Origin: a phage
Reading direction: 5' to 3' (one strand)
DNA: 64,000 nt
Sequence record: PZ386955.1
Part shown: piece after piece, positions 8,118 through 18,429 of the stretch
Position numbering within the stretch: the stretch's first letter is position 1
How the letters are laid out: each line of letters opens with the position of its first letter
Notes under the pieces: model-generated
Databases searched by the model: none
The model's input: the letters and a program-made list of their open reading frames with translations, nothing else
What the model was told of the DNA's origin: nothing
Translations under genes and position numbers: made by a program

Positions 8118-10697
8118 CTAGTGACAACTGGCCCATGAGTTACCAACATCGTAACCAGCAGTGAGAGGTACATTAAGATTGTAATACTCACCAGCTTTAT
8201 TAACAGCAATAGATGCTAATTCTCCAGCACGACTGTAGGCTGTAAACCAACCACCTTTCGGAGATTCATGTACGTTAGCCCAAATCTTGCCAGTACGTTT
8301 CTCTTCCTCTTCTTTCCAGGCATTAACTTTATCCAAACATTCTTTATCAATTTTCTTTTGTTCTTCTGGATCATCAACTTGAGTCCAACCTAAAGATTCT
8401 TTAGAGAACCATTTAAAATGCACCAGATCACGAGTTACTTCAAGCTGTGCTTCATCGTGGTATGCAATCATTTGTTGAACGAATGACTTATTTTTCCAGT
8501 CATCAACAAAAAAGTCAACAGCTAATCCTTCTTCTTCGATAAGATCGTCGTAGATAACCATTGCTCTTTTTGCACAAATAACACCACCACTCTGGAACAG
8601 AGAGTTAAGTATTGCGTGTGCAGATCGTGTAGGTACTTTTCTACCATCAATACCGAGAATGTATTTCTTACCTGTTTTAACCCAAAAATCATGCAGACGT
8701 TCTTTAAGAAGCGCAAGAGGTTTTGCAGCTTCCCAGAAAGCATCGTATACAAGCTGTCCTGTATACATATCACTACCAATAGTTTTTGCTACTTTTGCAG
8801 CTTGAGCACCATAAGTAATACCATACTTAACAGATTTAGCAGGGCTTCGTTCAAACTTACGACCAATAGTATCAGAAATACGTCGAGCCATCATTGTATG
8901 AACATCATTAGGTTTTTCCAACAATAGAGCATTACAATATTCGTGTGGTTCCTGCTCGTACCGCCAACAGTAGTGTGATTCTATTTTTGCCTCAAGAGAA
9001 TCAAAGTCATAACCAATTTGGAAGTATTTTGGAACTTCTACACCAAATAAGTTACGCATTTCATACCCGTACAAAGATGTTACACGTGGGATGTTTGCTA
9101 CTAACCTATGTTTCATACGAGACGTAGCTGCATCACACGTTGCAGCAGGAGTTGGTATACGACCATCAGCCCTTACTGCCGCCAGATACCCTTTATCATA
9201 ATCCTCTTCATCTTCTTCCCAATCAGCACCACCACCTAGAATAGAGTTTCTACGATGTTTATACGTAAGATACTGCACAATCTGCGTAGCATAAGGAAAC
9301 TTTTCACCTAGTGCTTCCAAGTTAGGACAAATATCCTTCTCTTGCCCTTTTGTAAAGGAAGGGTTAGTAAGCACTTTAACACCACGACCTTTAGCTTTAG
9401 CAATACGATCTCTTAGTTTCCATTCCAAAGTTTCTGGTGTGCACTCCAGATGATCACATCTATCCTGGCAGAAGTTAGATGCTAATGTTTGATCAACATA
9501 GTCACGAATAGCTTTCTCCATTTGTGCTTCATCTTTCTTAATCTTAGTGCCAGATTTAAGAGTGATATCTTTATCTTTATATTCAGATGGACTCCAACCT
9601 AAACCAACTAACCAATTTTTAATATGTGTAGTGTCATCTAAAGTAGCAGGTACTGTAGGATCACAAATAGGTTCTTCTGCTGGAATAGGTAGTTTAAACT
9701 CTTTACCTAATGCAAATAACCACCAACCATCTTCTTTTTGTACAAGTTCACCAGAATGTTTCTCTGCAAACTTTATCATGTTACTTGAAGGTTCACCATT
9801 CTTTTTAAACTGTAGTTTAGGTGGAATGAATGATTTCAAATAACCTTTAGTAGCAGGTTTAGGAGGTAGCACAGGTTCTGCCTCTAAACGACATGCTTCC
9901 ATTCGAGCATCCAGATCACGAATATTATCTTCTGCTTGTTTCATATTGAAAGCAAAGCCACGGTGCTCTTGACGTGTAATAATATCAGCTACACGTTGTT
10001 CTAAGTTAAATGGTTCAGACCACTTATTATAATCACCCCACTCTTCCATCAAATAACGGAACACTGCGGTGTTAGCTTTGTTATCGTAAATACAGTAATA
10101 CAGCATATCTGCTGCAAATGTTTTAAATCTTTCAGTTTCAGGAATGTTTTTTCTAAAATCAATTTTAACATCCCCTCCAGCTTTCTTAGATAACTCTGCC
10201 AGACTATGACCACCGAAGCGATCAGGGTTTAGTGTCTTACTTAAGATCATAGTATCACAAATTTCAATGTTACTATTACCCCAAGTATTGTACTTAATAC
10301 TGTAGTTGAGTTTAAAAAATAATTTAATTGCCAGTAAGTCGAAGTTAATGATGTTGTGTCCAACTACTTTGGTAATTTTATAGTTTGAATTACCTTTAAA
10401 TTTACCTGTTCCATTTACAAAATCAGGAAAATCTTTAAGAGGGAAATGGGTATATTCTAAATGCTCATATTCCTCCAGTCGGTATTCATACTTTCCGTCA
10501 GTCTCAATATACGGACGACCATCGAAAAGATATTTATCACCATCATGGAAAGCAATAATCTCTCCAGTATCATGACTTTCGCACACAATACAGTGCATTG
10601 CAAAACTATCTTTTAAACGATATGGACTTGCCAAGTAATCTACACTTTCGTCATTAAGCAAGTTGTTACTTTCAATGTCGAAAGTAAAAGCTCCCAT
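8118..10697 (-). CDS. DNA polymerase, family A, with 3'-5' exonuclease domain
   Basis: 859 aa; Exo I FDIES; motif A YDFDSLEAKI; motif B RSPAKSVKYGITYG; motif C YHDE. Confidence 0.9.
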   Translation of the reverse strand: MGAFTFDIESNNLLNDESVDYLASPYRLKDSFAMHCIVCESHDTGEIIAFHDGDKYLFDGRPYIETDGKYEYRLEEYEHLEYTHFPLKDFPDFVNGTGKFKGNSNYKITKVVGHNIINFDLLAIKLFFKLNYSIKYNTWGNSNIEICDTMILSKTLNPDRFGGHSLAELSKKAGGDVKIDFRKNIPETERFKTFAADMLYYCIYDNKANTAVFRYLMEEWGDYNKWSEPFNLEQRVADIITRQEHRGFAFNMKQAEDNIRDLDARMEACRLEAEPVLPPKPATKGYLKSFIPPKLQFKKNGEPSSNMIKFAEKHSGELVQKEDGWWLFALGKEFKLPIPAEEPICDPTVPATLDDTTHIKNWLVGLGWSPSEYKDKDITLKSGTKIKKDEAQMEKAIRDYVDQTLASNFCQDRCDHLECTPETLEWKLRDRIAKAKGRGVKVLTNPSFTKGQEKDICPNLEALGEKFPYATQIVQYLTYKHRRNSILGGGADWEEDEEDYDKGYLAAVRADGRIPTPAATCDAATSRMKHRLVANIPRVTSLYGYEMRNLFGVEVPKYFQIGYDFDSLEAKIESHYCWRYEQEPHEYCNALLLEKPNDVHTMMARRISDTIGRKFERSPAKSVKYGITYGAQAAKVAKTIGSDMYTGQLVYDAFWEAAKPLALLKERLHDFWVKTGKKYILGIDGRKVPTRSAHAILNSLFQSGGVICAKRAMVIYDDLIEEEGLAVDFFVDDWKNKSFVQQMIAYHDEAQLEVTRDLVHFKWFSKESLGWTQVDDPEEQKKIDKECLDKVNAWKEEEEKRTGKIWANVHESPKGGWFTAYSRAGELASIAVNKAGEYYNLNVPLTAGYDVGNSWASCH

Positions 10698-10787
10698 TCT
10701 CCCTCCTTAAAATATTTCTAAAGTCTTAATTTGTTAATACTGTACCATAAATTAATTGTTTTGTAAAGGGGCTTTCGCCCCTTCTTG

Positions 10788-11183
10788 TTATTTATTGTCA
10801 GCACTTAATTGTACTTTAATAAGGCAATTAGGGACACCATTGGTATTTCTCAAGCCTACACGTTCAATTTTAACTGTCCCTGTTAAGCCACTAAAAGTGG
10901 AAACAATGTTGTTAATGTTTTCATCCTTACTAGCGATATCAAGAACAACTTTATCACTAACATTTTTCAACATACGATCTACAAGCTCTCCCACAAAACC
11001 ACTGGTAGTTTGAATGAGAAGGTATAGGCAACCATCCTCAAACCACAAATGTTCACCATAAGCATAACCGTATGGTTCTAACTCCGATCCATCTTGAAAT
11101 TTAAACTTAGCAATAGTTTTCGTATAATCATACCCTAACGCATAAGGGGATACCCCATAGAGGATATTTTCGTTGTCTTTCAT
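10788..11183 (-). CDS. hypothetical protein
   Basis: Start reassigned to internal ATG at 11183 (AAGGAGAG SD) to remove overlap with primase-helicase. Confidence 0.5.
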   Translation of the reverse strand: MKDNENILYGVSPYALGYDYTKTIAKFKFQDGSELEPYGYAYGEHLWFEDGCLYLLIQTTSGFVGELVDRMLKNVSDKVVLDIASKDENINNIVSTFSGLTGTVKIERVGLRNTNGVPNCLIKVQLSADNK

Positions 11184-11193
11184 ATTTCTCTCC

Positions 11194-12966
11194 TTAATAA
11201 GAACCATCAGGAATATTCTCTGGGTTACTTGTGTATTGATCGTAATCGTGAAGTGTAGCTGTTTTAATCTCATAGAAGAAACTACCTGCTGCACCAGTCT
11301 CTGAGAACTCACGGTTCTTTAGAATGTAGCAATATGTGCGGTTACGTTCCATAGGATCTTCAGCTTGTTTATCACGCTCCAGCGCAATTGTGATACCAGC
11401 ACCTTTAGCAAGGAAGCTACTACCCATTGCATCATCTTCTACAATATGTTCATTACTATTGTTAGAAGACTTTTTAACGTGTGAAATTACAACAATGGTA
11501 ATTGCGTACTCTTTCATAATGCGTTTGAGCCACGTCGCAAGTTCCTCTTGTTGTGACACGTCCATACCAGAAAGCAAATCAGAATAAGGGTCGATAACAA
11601 GAATGGTTACTCCGAAATAAATAATCATTTCCAGAACCTTCTCTTTAATCACATCTACGTTAGCTCCACGATCATCACAAACATAGAAACGTGGTGTTCC
11701 ATCTTCCCGTTCGTAAAAATCACGAATCTTTTCTTCATTATCTTTTAAAATCTTTTCCTTCTCTTCTTTCGTTTTACGGTGAAGAGGGATATGCAAGAAT
11801 GAAGACAGTAAGTTACGAGAATACTTCTTATACGTTGCCTCCAAAGATAAAATACCAAGAGTATGTTCTGGGTGTGCAAGAATAATGTGCTTCGTAATCT
11901 CGTTAACCAACAGTGTTTTACCGATACTTGTTTTTGCAAGTATAACAGTAATTTCTTCTTCTACCAAGCCTCCACCTAACATATTAGAAGCAACACGCAT
12001 GAATGGAGGAAGGGTGATCATTTTAGCTTCCAGGCATTCCAAGGCTGCTTCATACAGTACGTTAGAAGCATAAACACCAGCAGGTGTGTACAGTTTAGCT
12101 TTGAAAAAGCGATCAAGAAAGTGATCAATTTTTCCTTCTACTAGTGCCTGGTTAGGATCTTTAACATCTGTTAGTTCCATCACGTAAACTTTATTACGTG
12201 GTAAGATTTTAACACATTTCTCAACTGCTGCACGTCCAGCTTCATCATTATCCATACATAGAACAATCTTTTTAAATTGATCTAAGAATTTATAACGATG
12301 TTGAAGCTGCTTATGCAGAGATGTTTCGCCACAAGTGCCAGATACTACAGCAGGAACAGGATATTTACCACCCTTGTTATAATCTTTTAGCATCTGTGTT
12401 GCAGCCAGCATATCGTGTTCACCACCAACGATTAGAATAGTACCGCTGTGGTTACGATATTTAAACTCCCCAAAAAGATCACAATCCTTTCCTGTTTCAC
12501 CGATAGGATGTGAGAAATCTTTTGGATCGATACGTTGTTTATACCCAGCAATATTGTAATCTTTAGTTGTAGGGTATAGTGTTGAAATTACTTCGCCAGT
12601 AGCTTCATCGTACATATAACGTACACCGAAAGGCTTAGAGATATCTTCACGAATACCGCGATAACCTTTTGGATTAGTTCCAGTGCTGGCTTTCAGTTTA
12701 TCATGTACTTCTGGATTAAACTCACTACCCAAGATATCCTCCTCTTCAATTTCTTCGCCGTGTGCATTTAACCATTTTTGATCAGGGATAGTAAAGCCAC
12801 AAGAAAAACAATGTGCGCCTCGATGGTCTTCATCGGCATCTAAGCCATATACCATCAAATTGTTTTGTGATCGATCACGCCCTCCTTTCATACAACGAGG
12901 ACACCCAGTATGTCCTTCTTGACTTAGATCAATATTATACCCATATTTATTTACAACATAAGACAC
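11194..12966 (-). CDS. DNA primase-helicase (T7 gp4-like: zinc ribbon, primase and DnaB-family helicase)
   Basis: N-terminal CPRC...CFSCG zinc ribbon; Walker A AKTSIGKT in C-terminal helicase half; 590 aa. Confidence 0.8.
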   Translation of the reverse strand: MSYVVNKYGYNIDLSQEGHTGCPRCMKGGRDRSQNNLMVYGLDADEDHRGAHCFSCGFTIPDQKWLNAHGEEIEEEDILGSEFNPEVHDKLKASTGTNPKGYRGIREDISKPFGVRYMYDEATGEVISTLYPTTKDYNIAGYKQRIDPKDFSHPIGETGKDCDLFGEFKYRNHSGTILIVGGEHDMLAATQMLKDYNKGGKYPVPAVVSGTCGETSLHKQLQHRYKFLDQFKKIVLCMDNDEAGRAAVEKCVKILPRNKVYVMELTDVKDPNQALVEGKIDHFLDRFFKAKLYTPAGVYASNVLYEAALECLEAKMITLPPFMRVASNMLGGGLVEEEITVILAKTSIGKTLLVNEITKHIILAHPEHTLGILSLEATYKKYSRNLLSSFLHIPLHRKTKEEKEKILKDNEEKIRDFYEREDGTPRFYVCDDRGANVDVIKEKVLEMIIYFGVTILVIDPYSDLLSGMDVSQQEELATWLKRIMKEYAITIVVISHVKKSSNNSNEHIVEDDAMGSSFLAKGAGITIALERDKQAEDPMERNRTYCYILKNREFSETGAAGSFFYEIKTATLHDYDQYTSNPENIPDGSY

Positions 12967-12978
12967 ATGATTCTCCTA

Positions 12979-13248
12979 CTAAAATGATTCGTTTGTCTCC
13001 ATAATATATTGCATTTCCAAATCTTCCATATGTTTCTTAAATTGGTAAACAATTTCCGATGGGGAAATATCTATATCAAAAAGTTCTTTTGTACCAGAAT
13101 AAAATCTAATACCATCAACAATAAGACCACCATAATAATCCCAATCACTTTCTCGTGAGAAAGGGTTAGGTTCTTCATAATAGTAATCTACTTCAACAAT
13201 AATAGGTTCTTTATTATCTTGTTTATACTCAAAATCAAAAGTGTTCAT
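12979..13248 (-). CDS. hypothetical protein
   Basis: 89-aa acidic ORF. Confidence 0.45.
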   Translation of the reverse strand: MNTFDFEYKQDNKEPIIVEVDYYYEEPNPFSRESDWDYYGGLIVDGIRFYSGTKELFDIDISPSEIVYQFKKHMEDLEMQYIMETNESF

Positions 13249-14192
13249 TATAAATCCTCGATAAGCAGTCTGCGGGTTTCATTTAAATCATCAATATTGT
13301 AGTTATCTCTTACATACTTAGCAAGAGCCAATCCTTTCTCAATACAAACATCAGGAGATTCGATTAAGTATTCTACAATATCTTTCCACTCTTTAACTGA
13401 ATCAGCAAAGAAGATTAGATCTTTAAACTCTTCAGTATAATAGTTCTCTCGTGGTGAACAAACGAGTGGCAAACCTTTAGCACCAGCTTCAAGAATTTTT
13501 AAATTACTTTTGGCATTATTAAAATGATTATTTACTAATGGAGCTATGGAGATTTGATGACCATCGTATGCTTCCATATAACACTCATAAGGACGAATAC
13601 CCTCATAAACACAATCTGGTTGAATATCTTCTTTAATTTGCAACCATTGAGCACTACTTAACTCTTCGTGATCTCTACGAAATCCACATAAAGTTAAATC
13701 TTTACCAAAACTAGGAAGAATAGCTAAATCATGTTTATGTGTTTCACTTCCCGCCCAAACCAGTGGACTTTTAGAATAACGATCTTTAGTAAGAACAAAC
13801 TGTCCTTCATCAAAAGGTAGTCCGTTAGGCACAATATGTACATTATCATTGTATTGGCTTAATTCAACCTTTAATGCTGGAGTTGTTGTAGTTACAAGAT
13901 CGCTTCTTTCAAGGAACCATTTTAGATCATCTCGGATTTGATTTTCAAATAATCCTTCAAGCATATGTCCTTCAGGAATAATTAAAGAATCATCCAGATC
14001 CATTACCAATTTAAACCCAAGTTGTTTAAGAGCCAGGAAACCTGGCTTTCCACGGGTTGGTACTCCATTGAACACAAAAATATTATGCTTAGGATTAATG
14101 GTCAGTTTGCGTTTATATGGCAAAATGATTCTATGAAAATCACATACACTATACTTTTCATTTTCGCGTGTGTCAAGAATAATGTTAGGCAT
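13248..14192 (-). CDS. putative glycosyltransferase (GT-B-like), paralogue 1
   Basis: C-terminal KILEAGAKGLPLVCSP resembles GT-B nucleotide-sugar motif; paralogous to 14204-15178. Confidence 0.4.
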   Translation of the reverse strand: MPNIILDTRENEKYSVCDFHRIILPYKRKLTINPKHNIFVFNGVPTRGKPGFLALKQLGFKLVMDLDDSLIIPEGHMLEGLFENQIRDDLKWFLERSDLVTTTTPALKVELSQYNDNVHIVPNGLPFDEGQFVLTKDRYSKSPLVWAGSETHKHDLAILPSFGKDLTLCGFRRDHEELSSAQWLQIKEDIQPDCVYEGIRPYECYMEAYDGHQISIAPLVNNHFNNAKSNLKILEAGAKGLPLVCSPRENYYTEEFKDLIFFADSVKEWKDIVEYLIESPDVCIEKGLALAKYVRDNYNIDDLNETRRLLIEDL

Positions 14193-14203
14193 ATCGCTCC
14201 TTA

Positions 14204-15178
14204 TTAAAGACTTTCAATAACTTGACGACGCAGTTCATTGGCATCTGCAAGATTATAATTAAGACGAACGTGTTCTGCAAGCATCATACCACGATCTTCT
14301 GTGTATCTAGGGTTCCTCATTAGCTTGACAACTTCATAATGCCAAGATGCTTTAGAGTCTGCATAAATAACAGCCTTTGCATCTACTGGATTGAAGTACG
14401 GCAGCACAGGAGAACAGATAATAGGAAGACCCTTTGCACCTGCTTCCAAAATCTTCAAATTGCTTTTACAGTTGTTGAAGTCATTATCTACCAGAGGAGC
14501 AATTGCAATACTGTGACCGTCATACACAGACATATACTCACCTAGATTTTTAATAGCTGGTTTATACTGTGCATTTGGAATTTTACGTTTTATTTTAACC
14601 CACTCCGCAGTAGTTAGATACTGACTATTATTTCCAACAGGTGCAGAAGGATACACTTCGTACCCTGCAATTGTCAATAGTGTATCATCAAATGTATTAG
14701 CTACAAGAGATAAATCAGGTTCATGGCTTGCTCCTCCAGCCCAAACAATAGGTGTGTCAGAATAACGGTCTTTTGTTAAAGTAAATTGACCTTCATCGTA
14801 AGGCAGTGCGTTTCTAATAACGACAACATTACGATTTAAATGACGAATTTTGTAAGCTAGGTATTCTGTTGTTACAGTAACCACATCTGCTAACTTAATC
14901 ATCTCTACAATAGTCTTTGAGTGATTAGTAAATACGCCAGCCATATAATGTTCAGGATTAAGCGAATAAAAATCATCTAAATCAACAATAATCTTAACAC
15001 CTTGTGCCTTCAGGCGTTTAACTTCGTCTGATCCACGAGAATACACTCTATTAAAAACTAAAACGTCTTTCTTAGGTTTAAACGTATTTCCAGCAAATGG
15101 CATTACAATACGATGGTAATCACAACCACTGCCTAACTTATTATCACACTTAAGTACAGGAGTATTAGGATTTACCAT
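14204..15178 (-). CDS. putative glycosyltransferase (GT-B-like), paralogue 2
   Basis: Shares VWAG...DGH(S/Q)I(A/S)IAPLV.N.FNN.KSNLKILEAGAKGLP blocks with 13248-14192; start at 15178 with AGGAGG SD. Confidence 0.4.
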   Translation of the reverse strand: MVNPNTPVLKCDNKLGSGCDYHRIVMPFAGNTFKPKKDVLVFNRVYSRGSDEVKRLKAQGVKIIVDLDDFYSLNPEHYMAGVFTNHSKTIVEMIKLADVVTVTTEYLAYKIRHLNRNVVVIRNALPYDEGQFTLTKDRYSDTPIVWAGGASHEPDLSLVANTFDDTLLTIAGYEVYPSAPVGNNSQYLTTAEWVKIKRKIPNAQYKPAIKNLGEYMSVYDGHSIAIAPLVDNDFNNCKSNLKILEAGAKGLPIICSPVLPYFNPVDAKAVIYADSKASWHYEVVKLMRNPRYTEDRGMMLAEHVRLNYNLADANELRRQVIESL

Positions 15179-15851
15179 ATTTTTGAGCCTCCTCATAAGA
15201 GATAAAAGTTTTACCATTGCGAAGATCCTCCAGTGATTGTTTATATTGTTCCCAGTTTACACCAATCCCCTGTTCTTTCTCTTCTTTTGACAGATTCGCA
15301 AAAGGTAAAGGATTGTCTCCAAACACATCGTCAGGATGGATAAACGCCATAATTCGAATAGGACATGGTACGCCGTGAATACCTCGGTTCAAACCTGCCA
15401 GTGGAACGCGCTGAATCCACTCTGCATCTTCATATCCATAACCGTGGGTGTATGAGCGGAAATAGCCAGCTTTCTCAATAACTGCACGGGAATACATACC
15501 AAACTGGCACATGCCTAGCTCCCAAATAACCACTTCTCCTTCAATACCTTTTACTTTATCTTTAAAGTATTCAGGCATACCAAAGAAATCCCAACCATTT
15601 TCCTTCGCCTGTTTTACAAAATATGTTTCCCAACCTGGAACAACAGGATAACAATCATCATCAAAAATAAACCAGTAGTCATACCCTTCATCATAAAACT
15701 TTTTCATCAGTTCATTACGGGCATATGCAACACCTTTTCGTTCACGATCATACTGTACAACAAAAGTAGCATTAGGATCAGTTACAAGATAATCTTTAAG
15801 AGGACGCTTACCTACAGTAATAACACCAACACCAATTTTTGTATTTTCCAA
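15165..15851 (-). CDS. putative glycosyltransferase (GT-A-like, DxD motif)
   Basis: YDYWFIFDDDCYP block typical of DxD nucleotide-sugar transferases. Confidence 0.45.
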   Translation of the reverse strand: MENTKIGVGVITVGKRPLKDYLVTDPNATFVVQYDRERKGVAYARNELMKKFYDEGYDYWFIFDDDCYPVVPGWETYFVKQAKENGWDFFGMPEYFKDKVKGIEGEVVIWELGMCQFGMYSRAVIEKAGYFRSYTHGYGYEDAEWIQRVPLAGLNRGIHGVPCPIRIMAFIHPDDVFGDNPLPFANLSKEEKEQGIGVNWEQYKQSLEDLRNGKTFISYEEAQKYGKS

Positions 15852-15860
15852 AATAACTCC

Positions 15861-16424
15861 TTAAATAATTTTATTCATGTCTTGACAATGTAAAAGGTGT
15901 GAAACAGCTTTTCTAGGATCATCATTACCTAAACGGTATGTGTGAAATAAATATAACCCACGTAGTAAACCTAGCCTTTTATTGTTAGCGTGCAATGCTT
16001 TAGAGAAAATTATATCAAACTGTATTGATCTTTCCTCAAAAGGAATTTCATTCCACAGACTCTTACGAAAGAGAAGAAAGAATCCTGCTAAGATAGCATC
16101 TGTAGGTACTTCCTCTATTGAGTTTCCCCATTCTAGATGTGCTCTTTTTGCAATCTCAATGTGGTGTAATATATTCGGATCTTCACTTCTTTCATTATTA
16201 AATAATTGATATGTTGATCCCAATCTGTTACAAGATGCACCAAGAACATCAAAATCAGGATTTGAACGGACAATTGATTCCAGCCAAGCAGGTTGTTCTG
16301 GAAGAAGAAACATTGTATCAATGTCTCTTAGGCAAATCCAACTATCTTCTGGTAAGACACTTATTGTGTCATTGATACCTTTTCCAATATCTCCAGAAAG
16401 ATAGGGAGTTATGTGAAATATCAT
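15861..16424 (-). CDS. hypothetical protein (possible nucleotide-sugar transferase)
   Basis: 187 aa, ICLRDIDTMF acidic motif; adjacent to glycosyltransferase genes. Confidence 0.35.
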   Translation of the reverse strand: MIFHITPYLSGDIGKGINDTISVLPEDSWICLRDIDTMFLLPEQPAWLESIVRSNPDFDVLGASCNRLGSTYQLFNNERSEDPNILHHIEIAKRAHLEWGNSIEEVPTDAILAGFFLLFRKSLWNEIPFEERSIQFDIIFSKALHANNKRLGLLRGLYLFHTYRLGNDDPRKAVSHLLHCQDMNKII

Positions 16425-16481
16425 ACTCCCTCCGTATTATTACTTTAGCATTTTTAGACTAAAAAGTCCAAATGGTTTTAC

Positions 16482-16676
16482 CTATTGATTACGTTTTGCG
16501 AGTTCCATTTGGATAGCTAAACTGTGATCTCGTGCTTCCATATACTCTTTATATGTTTCATTAAGATGATCACGACAAACATCACGCAGTTTAATCAGTT
16601 TATCTGTAGGGATACCACTAAGATCATCCCAAGATTTTACAACTTCACCAGTATCATTGATCCCAATGGTTTTCAT
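16482..16676 (-). CDS. hypothetical protein
   Basis: 64-aa ORF. Confidence 0.4.
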   Translation of the reverse strand: MKTIGINDTGEVVKSWDDLSGIPTDKLIKLRDVCRDHLNETYKEYMEARDHSLAIQMELAKRNQ

Positions 16677-16884
16677 CTACAACCTCCTTAATTGCTACAG
16701 CACAGTTTTTGCAGATACACTGCCCTTTACCTTTAGAAATCTGGATGTAAGGTTCATTTTCATTTTCGCCCTTACGTGAGTCATATATTACAGAATTGAA
16801 GCACACAACGCAAATATTTTTTAAGATTGTATACTTATCAACTTTCTTTTTTGTTTTAAAGTTAACTTCAATAACATCAGCCAT
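16654..16884 (-). CDS. Cys-rich zinc-ribbon protein
   Basis: CVVCF...CICKNC motifs; start set at ATG 16884 overlapping upstream stop. Confidence 0.4.
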   Translation of the reverse strand: MADVIEVNFKTKKKVDKYTILKNICVVCFNSVIYDSRKGENENEPYIQISKGKGQCICKNCAVAIKEVVDENHWDQ

Positions 16885-17162
16885 CAGTGTAACACTCCCA
16901 GTATGTTGCTTTGTGACATAACCATAGAACATTCAACATTATCGTGACTACGTGAAAAACGTTCCCAAACATCTTCATCGACTCGTAAAGCTATACAAGG
17001 ATAGACGTTATCATTGATCATTTCAATTGAATAAACATCCACATTGTCTTCGTCTTCGATGAACATCATTGCAAACTGTTCTAAATGTTTCCTAATGTAA
17101 TGTACATCCTCTTCTGTAAGACCAATAACAAGATAACTTGCAACGATAATGCCATCTTTCAT
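16884..17162 (-). CDS. hypothetical protein
   Basis: 92-aa ORF. Confidence 0.4.
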   Translation of the reverse strand: MKDGIIVASYLVIGLTEEDVHYIRKHLEQFAMMFIEDEDNVDVYSIEMINDNVYPCIALRVDEDVWERFSRSHDNVECSMVMSQSNILGVLH

Positions 17163-17172
17163 CTATATCTCC

Positions 17173-17682
17173 TTAGCGATAGAATTGATGTTCTTTGTAG
17201 CGGTACACTAGAACCATATCTTTTTCCCAGTGTGCTCTTATTGTAGATTTTTTAAAGTATAATGCTCCTTTTGTAATATCTAATGCAATTCGTAATTCTG
17301 GAAAATGCGTATCGAGATAAAGTAGACGTTCTGCTATAGCCTTAGCTTCCTTCCACTTATCACGTTCCATAACGTTGAATGTCTTTGTGTAAGAGAATTG
17401 TCCTTTTTGAAACAAAACTTCTTTTATAGTATCAGGGAAATATGAATCTCTAGCCCTATTCAATACTACATTACCAACAGCAGACATACCGCGCTTTCCT
17501 TGATTACGACTTTCTGCATAGATTGCACAAGCTAATAGATTTTCTTTACTATCACGCTTTGTACACTTGTGAACTACTTTAGCAGTTTTTACGTTTGCAG
17601 CTTCGGCTTGCGCCACAACAGGTGTAAATGTAAAAGCAGTTAAGGATAGTAACGCAATTGCGACAAAGGTTTTTATTGACAA
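17173..17682 (-). CDS. secreted cell-wall hydrolase, SleB/Hydrolase_2 family (candidate lysis enzyme)
   Basis: N-terminal signal peptide (LLSLTAFTFTPVVAQA); AIYAESRNQG...VGNVVLNRARDSYFPDTIKEVLFQKGQFS matches SleB-type block. Confidence 0.65.
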   Translation of the reverse strand: MSIKTFVAIALLSLTAFTFTPVVAQAEAANVKTAKVVHKCTKRDSKENLLACAIYAESRNQGKRGMSAVGNVVLNRARDSYFPDTIKEVLFQKGQFSYTKTFNVMERDKWKEAKAIAERLLYLDTHFPELRIALDITKGALYFKKSTIRAHWEKDMVLVYRYKEHQFYR

Positions 17683-17774
17683 ACTTGCCTCCTATTTTGT
17701 TAAACGAACTTTTATTGTAACACAGAAGAGGCTGTTTTGCAAGTGGAGGGGGATTATCCCCCTCTTACACTCTG

Positions 17775-18377
17775 TTAGATATTGTAAACCTTCGTATGAG
17801 TTACTACACCATCTTCTACAAAATCAATACGTTCTTGATCCGTAACTAGTGCAGACAACACTTTAAATTTAATTTTTACACGTTCAAAAGCTGGTTGACC
17901 ATCTTTAAGATAATTATGTTCGGTTGTCACTGTCTTGTTTACAAAATCAACTTTCGCTTTACCGTTTTCGCGTAGGTGGAATGTTTTTCCTGCTTTGTAC
18001 ACAATTTCAACATTACCTTCGAGAATAATTCCTTCAAAAAGTTCACCCTCTTCTTCATTTTCTTCACTTTTGAACAGACGACGAAACTCTTCCATATCAA
18101 GATAAACAACATCTTCAGAATAACTATCAGTAAGGTATGTCTTACCATCCATTAACCCGAAATATTGCCAGATCGCAGAATAAACATCACTAGTTGATCC
18201 AAGGGTTTCTCTGAGTTTAGTTCCACGGATTACTTCATAAACTTCAAAATTGAAACCAGACTGCAAAGCATCAAACAGTACATCACTAACTTCTACAGCA
18301 TAATCTTGATTGTTGTCAACATCCACAAGAAAATTGCCGCTACGAATAAGTTTTTGACCTTCTAAAGTAATACCCAT
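17775..18377 (-). CDS. hypothetical protein
   Basis: 200-aa ORF. Confidence 0.5.
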   Translation of the reverse strand: MGITLEGQKLIRSGNFLVDVDNNQDYAVEVSDVLFDALQSGFNFEVYEVIRGTKLRETLGSTSDVYSAIWQYFGLMDGKTYLTDSYSEDVVYLDMEEFRRLFKSEENEEEGELFEGIILEGNVEIVYKAGKTFHLRENGKAKVDFVNKTVTTEHNYLKDGQPAFERVKIKFKVLSALVTDQERIDFVEDGVVTHTKVYNI

Positions 18378-18400
18378 TGTTTTCTCCTCTTTTATTTAAA

Positions 18401-18425
18401 ATATGCGCCCCGAAGGGCGCTATGA
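18401..18425 (-). terminator. rho-independent terminator
   Basis: Hairpin GCGCCCCGAAGGGCGC immediately downstream of TerD-family gene. Confidence 0.6.
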
Positions 18426-18429
18426 TTTA

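Noticed and set aside
11184-11312. Apparent 119-nt overlap between ORF 10788-11312 and the primase-helicase gene
   Set aside because: Resolved by using the internal ATG at 11183, which has an AAGGAGAG SD; not a frameshift or pseudogene.
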